In this document: piece after piece, positions 56,301 through 64,000 of the stretch | Layout: the number at the start of each line of letters is the position of its first letter | How positions within the stretch are numbered: the first letter of the stretch is position 1 | NCBI RefSeq assembly: GCF_032191835.1 | Contig: NC_083223.1 | Location: 233,678,001 to 233,742,000 of the forward strand | Direction: 5' to 3' | DNA length: 64,000 bases | Origin: Heteronotia binoei | Lineage: Eukaryota | Made by a program: the position numbers and the translations under genes | Notes under the pieces: model-generated | What the model was told of the DNA's origin: nothing | The model's database searches: none | The model's input: the letters and a program-made list of their open reading frames with translations, nothing else

Positions 56301-57760
56301 CTATTATTTTGGAGAACAGGAGAGGTGCCAGGAGACTGGAGGTGAGCAAATGTTGTCCCCATCTTCAAGGGGGAAAAAGAGGATCCAGGTAACTACTGAC
56401 CCGTCAGTTTGACATCTATACCTGGAAAAGTTTTAGAACAAATCATCAAACAGTCGGTCCTGGAACATTTAGAAAGAATGGATGTGATTACTAAGAGCCA
56501 GCATGGTTTTCTCAAGAACAAATCATGTCAGACTAACCTGATTTCTTTTTTTTGAGAAAGTGACTACCTTGCTGGATCAGGGGAATGCTGTAGACATTGT
56601 TTATCTTGATTTCAGTAAGGCTTCTGATAAGGTTCCACATACTATCCTTGTTGACAAGTTGGTAAAATGTGGTTTGGATCCTGTAACAGTTAGGTGGATC
56701 TGTAACTGTTTAACAGATCACACCCAAAGAGTGCTTGTGAATGGTTCCTCGTCCTCTTGGAGAGAGGTGACAAGTGGAGTGCCTCAAGGATCTGTCCTGG
56801 GACCTGTTTTGTTCAACATCCTTATCAGTGATTTGGATGAAGGAACAGAGGGAATGCTTATTAAATTTGCTGATGATACTAAATTGGGAGGAGTTGCAAA
56901 CACAGAAGAAGACAGAAACAGGACACAGGATGACCTTGACAGGCTGGAAAACTGGGCTAAAACCAATAAAATGAATTTTAACAGGGATAAATGTAAAGTT
57001 CTGATTTAGGAAGGAAAAATCCAATGCATGGCTATAGGATGGGGGAGACTTGTCTTAGCAGTAGTATGTGCGAAAAGGATCTAGGGGTCTTAGTGGATCA
57101 TACGCTGAACATGAGTTAACAGTGTGATGCAGTGGCTAAAAAGGCAAATGCAATTTTGGGCTGTATCAACAGAAGTATAGTGTCCAGATCACGTGATTTG
57201 ATGGTATCACTTTACTCTGCTCTGGTAAGACCTCACCTGGAGTATTGTGTTCAGTTTTGGGCACCACATTTAAAGATGGATATAGACAAGCTGGAGCGGA
57301 TCCAGAGGAGGGTGACGAAGATGGTGAGGGGTCTGGAGACCAAGTCCTATGAGGAAAGGTTGAAGAAGCTGGGGATGTTTAGCCTGGAGAGGAGGCAGCT
57401 GAGAGGTGGTATGATCACCATCTTCAAGTACTTGAAGGGCTGTCACATAGAGGATGGTGTGGAATTGTTTTCTGTGGCCCCAGAAGGTAGGACCAGAACC
57501 AATGGGTTAAAATTAAATCAAAAGAGTTTCTGGCTCAATATTAGGAAGAACTTCCTGACAGAGCGATTCCTCAGTGGAACAGAGTTCCTCGGGAGGTGGT
57601 GAGCTCTCCTTCCTTGGAGGTTTTTAAACAGAGGCTAGATGGCCATCTGAAAGCAATGAAGATCCTGTGAATTTAGGGGGAGGTGTTTTCCTGCATTATG
57701 CAGGGGGTTGGACTAGATGACCCTGGAGGTCTCTCCCAACTCTATGATTCTATGAACAGG
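53340..57760 (+). pseudogene. Near full-length decayed CR1 ORF2 (APE endonuclease + RT) with nested insertions
   Basis: CLYTNAQSMGNKQEELE...GLTETWWD (APE); [29 protein letters not shown] (RT); multiple stops and frameshifts; (ctatgatt)n tail. Confidence 0.92.
55026..56047 (-). mobile_element. L2-clade LINE 3' fragment nested in CR1
   Basis: KSLGVLLDSSL, SRLDYHNALYMGLP, LHWLP...FKVL motifs; (TAAA)n tail at 55026-55045. Confidence 0.9.
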
Positions 57761-57979
57761 AAAATTCTATGACAGGGGTAAACCTCTCAACATTCCCTAT
57801 TCTACTAAAAAGCAATATTCTCCTTTTTCACATTCATCCTACTATAATGACAAAATTGTTATATCCAGCTTTGCAGAATCTGTACCTTAAGGTTATCATG
57901 AAAAGGAGAAGCAAAACCTAAGGAGTGTTATCTCTTTTTAAACCAACTCAAACTCTTACAGAGTCTGACCCTGACAACC

Positions 57980-58410
57980 ATAGAATCATAGAGTTTGAAG
58001 GTACCTCCAGAGTCATCTAGTCCATCACCATGCAGGAAATTCACAAATACCTCCCCCCACACATACATCCTCAGTGATACCTGCTCCATGCCCAGAAGAT
58101 GGCAAAAGCTTCCAGGATCCCTTGCCAAACTGGCCTGGAGAAAAATTGCTGAATGACCACAAAGTGTCCAGCAGCATTTCCCTGGGCATGTAAAAAAGGG
58201 CCACAAGAACTAAGCATGCCCTCCTCATGGTCTGCCTAATTTACATTGCTATCAGATGGCCATCTAGCCTTTGCTTAGAAACCTCCAAGGAAGAAGAGCC
58301 CCCCCCCCCCCCGGAAGCCTGTTCCACTGAGGAACCACTCTAATTCTCAGGAAATTCTTCCTAACGTTTAGCCGGAAACTCTTTTGATTTAATTTCAACC
58401 CAATTTTGAT
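57980..58410 (-). mobile_element. CR1 3' fragment, tail-to-tail with the preceding CR1
   Basis: catagaatcatagag...catctagtcc reverse tail. Confidence 0.8.
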
Positions 58411-58711
58411 TCCATCAAAATTATTCACCTCTTCCATTACTCCAAATGATCACCTGCCTCATATCCCTGTACTGGCTCCCCCCCTATCTCCGAGATCTTA
58501 TCCAGATACATCCCTGCCTATGGCCTTCACTCCTCCAGCTCCACCATCCTCAGCAGTCTGAAGATCTCCTTCTCTTTCAAACAACTCAGTTCCTTTGCCC
58601 TTGCTGTTCCTTATTGCCTAGAACAGCCTCCTAGAAGACATGGGCTGGATGACACCACCTCTTTCACTTCCTTCAACTTGCTCCTCAACACTCACTCGTT
58701 CTGTAACACCT

Positions 58712-59150
58712 AAGAACATAAAAGAAGCCATGTTGGATCAGGCCAATGGCCCATCCAGTCCAACACTCTGTGTCACACAATGGTCAAAAAACCCAGGTGC
58801 CATCACGAGGTCTATCAGTGGGGCCAGGACACTAGAAGCTCTCCCACTGTTACCCCCCAAGCACCAAGAATACAGAGCATCACTGCCCCAGACAGAGAGC
58901 TTCAACAATACTCTGTGGCTAATAGCCACTGATGGACCTCTGCTCCATATGTTCATTCAATCCCCTCTTGAAGCTTACTATGCTTGTAGCTGCAGCTTCC
59001 TCCTGTGACAGTGAATTCCATGTGTTAATCACCTTTTGGGTGAAGAAGTACTTCCTTTTATCTCTTCTAACCCAACTGCTCAGCAATTTCATTGACTGCC
59101 CACAAGTTCTTGTATTGTGAGAAAGGAAGAAAAGTACTTCATTCTCTGCC
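58712..59150 (-). mobile_element. CR1 3' fragment (older 3'UTR type)
   Basis: taagaacataaaagaagccatgttggatcagg reverse tail. Confidence 0.88.
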
Positions 59151-60619
59151 TTCTCTTTTGCACCAATGCTACCAATGCATGGCCCCCTTGTCTCCTTCCC
59201 CCTACAAAAGGGTAAGGAATATTAACACCATCTGATGAGTTGACTTTGCTGTTTTTTATTGCTTTTAAATTTTACTCATGTAAGTATATCATAATATTAG
59301 AATTGAATCTAAAACTTGTTAACTGCCCTGAGCCACAACTGGGGGGAAGACAGTATAGAAATAAAATAATAAATAAATATCTACAGTTGCCAACCTCAAG
59401 ATATGGCCTAGAGATCTCCTGGAATTACAACTGAACGTCAGACTGCAGAGATCAGTTGCCCGGGGGGGATGGCTGTTCTGAAGAGTGGACTCCAATCTAT
59501 GTCATTATACCCACTGAGATCCCTTCCAATCCCACTCTCCAGACCCAAATCTTCATGAATTTTCCAAAACAGAGTTGGCAATGCCTTCCTCTAAGAAAAA
59601 GATGACTGTAGATTTATACCCCACCCTTCTATCTGAATCAGAGTCTCAGAGCAGCTTACAATCTCTTCTATCTTCTTCCCCCACAACAGACACCCTGTGA
59701 GGTAGTTGGGGCTGAGAGAACTCTCACAGCAGCTGTCCTTTCAAGGACAACTCCTATGAAAGCTATGGCTGACCCAAGGCCATTCCAGAAGCTGCAAGTG
59801 GAGGAGTGGGGAATCAAACCTGGTTAGAATCATAGAGTTGGAAGGGATCTCCCAGATAAGAGAATGAAGACACATCCCTCCCTACTTATTTGCCACCTCC
59901 ACCGGCCTCCCCTCCCTCTTTAGTCATATTTTATTGTGAATCCCTCCAGGCGGATTTCTGGCTTCTTACCTTATGAAAAGTACCATATAAACAAACAACA
60001 GAAGCACAGAAGGTAGAGATAGATTAAACTTTGCTTCATTGATTTGAGATACAGTCTGAATGTCACAAGCTTAATAATTTACAAATTGCTAGCCTTTAAC
60101 AATATTCCAAAATCTGCTGTGTAAGCAGGGTCACTTCGGCCTGCCTGATTGCTAGGGATGGCCGTATAGACCGCTAAAGATATACTATTAAAGAGGACAA
60201 TGTATTTTAAAGAATTGTTCATGCTATCTATCTATGCTATATTACTATGTCTGACATCAATTAGTATCACAGCTTAGGAAGAGGGGTCTAAAGCTCCGAA
60301 GTGGTTTGTTTGCTAAATTTATAATAAAGGCTCGGTTTAAACCGGGAACGCTGATTCAAAGCTCGGCCATATGACACCAGTACTGGGGAGCCCCAGATTC
60401 AAATCCCGCCCTCCGGGCCACGTGAGATGTATATGTGACCTCGAGCACTCGCTCATCAAACCTACCCTACCTAACATGATTGTTGGAACAAAATAGGAGT
60501 CAATTACACCTTTAAGACCAACGTAGTTAGTCTTAAACGTGCAATTGACTCCTAATTTGTTCTACTACTTCAGACCAACACGGCTGCCTATTTGGATGAT
60601 TGTTGGAAGAGAGTGCAAG

Positions 60620-61330
60620 GAGATAGTCCTTCGTCCAAATCTATCGCCACCCTTTAGCGAACCTCCCCCCTCCACACACATAAAGAATAAATATGATATT
60701 AAAGAAGCGAGAGAGAGGCAGCTACTACCATGCGCGGCCACGGGAAAACGCACGAATGTGGACTGACCGGTATCACCTTCTCTTGCCTTTTTGCTGTTTT
60801 GCCACCGCCGCACCACAGGGGGGCGTGTGATCGTCGCCCTTCACCCTTTCAAATCCTTCCTGCCGGAAGCGCCAATGCGCGTGCGCAGTCGCTTCCGGCT
60901 TCTGGAAATCTACTGTTCGTGGCTTGGGGTGGGTTGTCTGGTTGGTCGCGTTCTCTTTCACGCTTCGTTTCCGGATTTCTTTCTGTGAGCTGTCTTCTCT
61001 GGTGCAAAAACCTTTGCACTGAGAAGCCAGAAAGGCCCGCGCAGCCGCTAAAAGAAAAGAAGCCAAAGCAGATCCTCGTTTGACTTTCCCGCATAATACG
61101 CATGTCCAGTTGATCTTGGGTATCAGCTGTCAGTAACAGCTACTGAAGCCCTATGCCCCTTTTTTGCCCTCAGTTCGTGTTCCGGAAGAGCTAGGGGCCC
61201 TGGTGAAAAGAACCGGGTGAAAGGGCAAAGATCTCTGCGGGACAGCCTCGGCTAAACCCGGTCTCGCCAGCTCTTGGAAGCGAAACTGGGTCAGCCGTGA
61301 ACAAAGCTTGAGTCGAGTGGCACCTTTAAG
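60620..61330. promoter_or_regulatory. CpG island / probable MTIF2 promoter
   Basis: ETS/GABP CCGGAAG at 60863-60869 and CTTCCGG at 60892-60898 flank CCAAT and an NRF1-like TGCGCGTGCGCA (60876-60887), a combination typical of nuclear-encoded mitochondrial genes. Candidate minus-strand donor GTCAGT at 60767. Confidence 0.7.
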
Positions 61331-61390
61331 GCCAACAGAGTTTTATCCAAGGTATAAGCTTTCGTGTCCCGCAGGCTTCTTCAAGTATTT
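61288..61390. mobile_element. Penelope-like terminal fragment with degenerate hammerhead motif (related pieces 32263-32333, 60486-60598)
   Basis: gagtc..gtggcacctttaaggccaac...aagctttcgtgt...cttcttca pattern. Confidence 0.6.
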
Positions 61391-62061
61391 GGAAGGGAGA
61401 CGGTCAGGGAATACCAGGGTTGTAACTCAGAGGCAGGCAATGGCAAACTACGTCTGTTCACCTCTTACCTCGAAAACCCCACGGGGCTGCCATAATTCAG
61501 CTGCGACTTGATGGCCAAAAAGGAAGGGGGAGGTCAAGAAAGAAGGACTCTTGGAAAGCCGCTGCTCAAGTAGACAGTATCGCATTAGATGAATTAAACG
61601 CCTTTCTCTTCTGAAAGGCATGTGTGCATTGTTTGCATCAGATTTCCTAGCCTTATACGTGGACTAAAAAGTAGAGTAGAATGAAAGGCCATGCAGAGTA
61701 TTGCGTTAGAACAGAATAAGACATGCTTTTTGAAAAAAAATTATGAATATGTAATACTTTTTTTCAAATATTTTTATTTTTGTTCTATGGGATACAGAAA
61801 TAAAAAGAGGGAAAGGGGGAAGATAAATGAAATAATAACAAGACATGTATACATAAGTCCACCTCATCTACAATTTCTAAACAGTTCCTACTTAACCCTA
61901 ACAATAGATTCAATTCAACTAAGGTTTTCATATCAACACTAGTCTTCTAACACATTAATTTCTTTTAAACAGTTATTCCTTTAATTATTATCAACATTTT
62001 CTAATGCCATTACTGTTTTTCTCCAAATCCAGCATATATTAACTGTTTAAATTTGAATAAT

Positions 62062-62870
62062 TTGAATAGGAAGCAGAGAGTGAGTATAAATGGGCAGTGG
62101 AGGACGGTAAGCAGTGGGGTGCCGCAGGGCTCAGTACTGGGTCCCAAGCTCTTTAACTTGTTCATAAATGATTTGGAGTTGGGAGTGAGCAGTGAAGTGG
62201 CCAAGTTTCCAGATGACACTAAATTGTTCAGGGTGGTGAGAACCAGAGAGGATTGTGAGGCACTCCAAAGGGATCTGTTGAGGCTGGGTGAGTGGGCGTC
62301 AACGTGGCAGATGAGGTTCAATGTGGCCAAGTGCAAAATAATGCACATTGGGGCCAAGAATCCCAGCTACAAATACAAGTGGATGGGGTGTGAACTGGCA
62401 GAGACTGACCAAGAGAGAGATCTTGGGGTCGAGGTAGATAACTCGCTGAAAATGTCAAGACAGTGTGCGATTGCAATAAAAAAGGCCAACGCCATGCTGG
62501 GAATTATTAGGAAGGGAATTGAAAACAAATCAGCCAGTATCATAATGCCCCTGTATAAATCGATGGTGTGGTCTCATTTGGAATACTGTGTACAATTCTG
62601 GTCACTGCACCTCAAAAAGGGTATTATAGCATTTGAAAAAGTGCAGAAAAGGACAACTAGAATGATTGAAGGATTGGAACACTTTCCCTATGAAGAAAGG
62701 TTAAAAGGAAGCATCGACTGCGGGGTGACATGATAGAGGTACATTCGTGGCTATTAGCCACAGTGTGTGTGTATATATATATATATATAAATTTTTTGGC
62801 CATTGTGTGACACAGAGTGTTGGACTGGTTGGGCCATTGGCCTGATCCAACTTGGCTTCTCTTATGTACT
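62062..62870 (+). mobile_element. CR1 RT fragment with internal deletion and 3' tail
   Basis: Near-identical to 44775-45480, then jumps to the 3'UTR. Confidence 0.92.
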
Positions 62871-62987
62871 TAAAAAGGAATACCGATATGCTAAAATGTA
62901 TTCATTTAAACAAACATACATATATATCAAAATTACATCTCTTGTGTATGAATGTTATTTCAGAAAATAATCATAAATTTGTATAAA

Positions 62988-63313
62988 TTACAAGATTATG
63001 CATGGGATGGAGAAAGTAGAGAAAGAAGTACTTTTCTCCCTTTCTCACAATACAAGAACTCGTGGGCATTCAATGAAATTGCTGAGCAGTCAGGTTAAAA
63101 CGGATAGAAGGAAGTACTTCTTCACCCAAAGGGTGATTAACATGTGGAATTCACTGCCACAGGAGATGGTGGCGGCTACAAGCATAGCCAGCTTCAAGAG
63201 GGGGTTAGATAAAAATATGGAGCAGAGGTCCATTAGTGGCTATTAGCCACAGTGTGTGTGTATACACACAAACACACACTGTGGCTAATAGCCACTGATG
63301 GACCTCTGCTCCA

Positions 63314-63364
<51 letters not shown>

Positions 63365-63430
63365 TGCCACTGTGTGACAGAGTGTTGGACTGGATCGGCC
63401 ATTGGCCTGATCCAACATGGCTTCTCTTAT
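62988..63430 (+). mobile_element. CR1 3' fragment with internal inverted duplication
   Basis: [23 protein letters not shown]...ISGY* followed by 3'UTR. Confidence 0.92.
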
Positions 63431-64000
63431 GTTTTTATGTTCTTATAATTACTTCAGAGGATATATTGTCGTGTTCATTTTACATTTCCCCCCGCTTACT
63501 TATAATAAGCATAATAATTTTCCCATTTCCCCCCCAAATTCTTTAATCAGCCTCTTATTTATATAGGTAGTTAATTTAGACATAGTCATGTATTCTGCCA
63601 TTCTGTCTTTCCAGCTTTCTTTATTCAGACATTCCTTAGCTTTCCACTTGGCTGTCCATATTATTCTGGCTGCAGTCAACATATATCTGAACAATTCTTG
63701 GAAGTGTTCATTCCATTGTATCTGGTGGAATTCTCAGTAGCATCATCTCTGACTTCATTTCAAAATTGATTTTTAAAAATTTCTGCATCACTTCATGAAT
63801 TTCTTGCCAAAAAAATCTTGCTTTTTTGCTAGTCCACCACATGTGATAAAAGGAGTCTTCCGCCTCTTTACATTTCCAATAGATTCCTAAATAACTCTGA
63901 TCCATCTTCTTAATGTCTTAATGTTCAGTTTTCTCTCAATGCCTGACTAGCAGTAACTTTAATAGCTCTCGTCCACAGATTTTCCCATTGCTGAAATGTT
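63430..64000 (-). mobile_element. L1/Tx1-clade LINE ORF2 C-terminal fragment (AT-rich pieces at 61750-62050 and 62870-62985 may be its 3'UTR)
   Basis: YWKCKEAEDSFYHMWWTSKK (decayed CCHC knuckle) and TAARIIWTAKWK motifs. Confidence 0.75.

Noticed and set aside
60270-60330. Second hammerhead (CTTAGGA...CCGAAG, then AATAAA)
   Set aside because: Both catalytic boxes deviate and stem II pairs poorly; at most an ancient remnant
60900-64000. PRORSD1 coding sequence, expected near MTIF2 from mammalian synteny
   Set aside because: No YbaK/ProX-like translation seen in any frame

Overview
Eukaryotic vertebrate DNA, not prokaryotic. The SINE/LINE/hAT content suggests a squamate reptile, probably a gecko (inference). 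It holds the CLHC1(-) / RPS27A(+) / MTIF2(-) gene block, with exons read by hand between GT-AG splice sites. RPS27A is complete: 5 coding exons, 471 nt, 156 aa. MTIF2 is complete: 13 coding exons, 2181 nt, 726 aa. CLHC1 has 10 coding exons (526 codons); its terminal exon was not found and probably lies left of position 1. CLHC1 and RPS27A share a ~300-bp bidirectional CpG promoter, and the MTIF2 promoter is near 60.87 kb. Introns are packed with CR1, L2 and L1 LINE pieces, three tRNA-derived SINE families, Penelope-like remnants and hAT MITEs with intact 8-bp target-site duplications (TSDs). The most unusual structure is a 4.6-kb hAT-type composite element (42711-47308, perfect AGCTAACC TSD). 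It carries a 62-bp perfect foldback, a 70-bp minisatellite derived from a SINE tail and split by a young CR1 with an open 693-codon RT frame, an 811-N gap and a 52-bp GC-rich array. Also notable: a duplicated splice acceptor forming a possible in-frame 51-nt MTIF2 exon, a microsatellite-carrying CR1 subfamily and a decayed hammerhead ribozyme motif. No CRISPR array, rRNA or true tRNA gene is supported. TE family names are from pattern recognition, not database searches.
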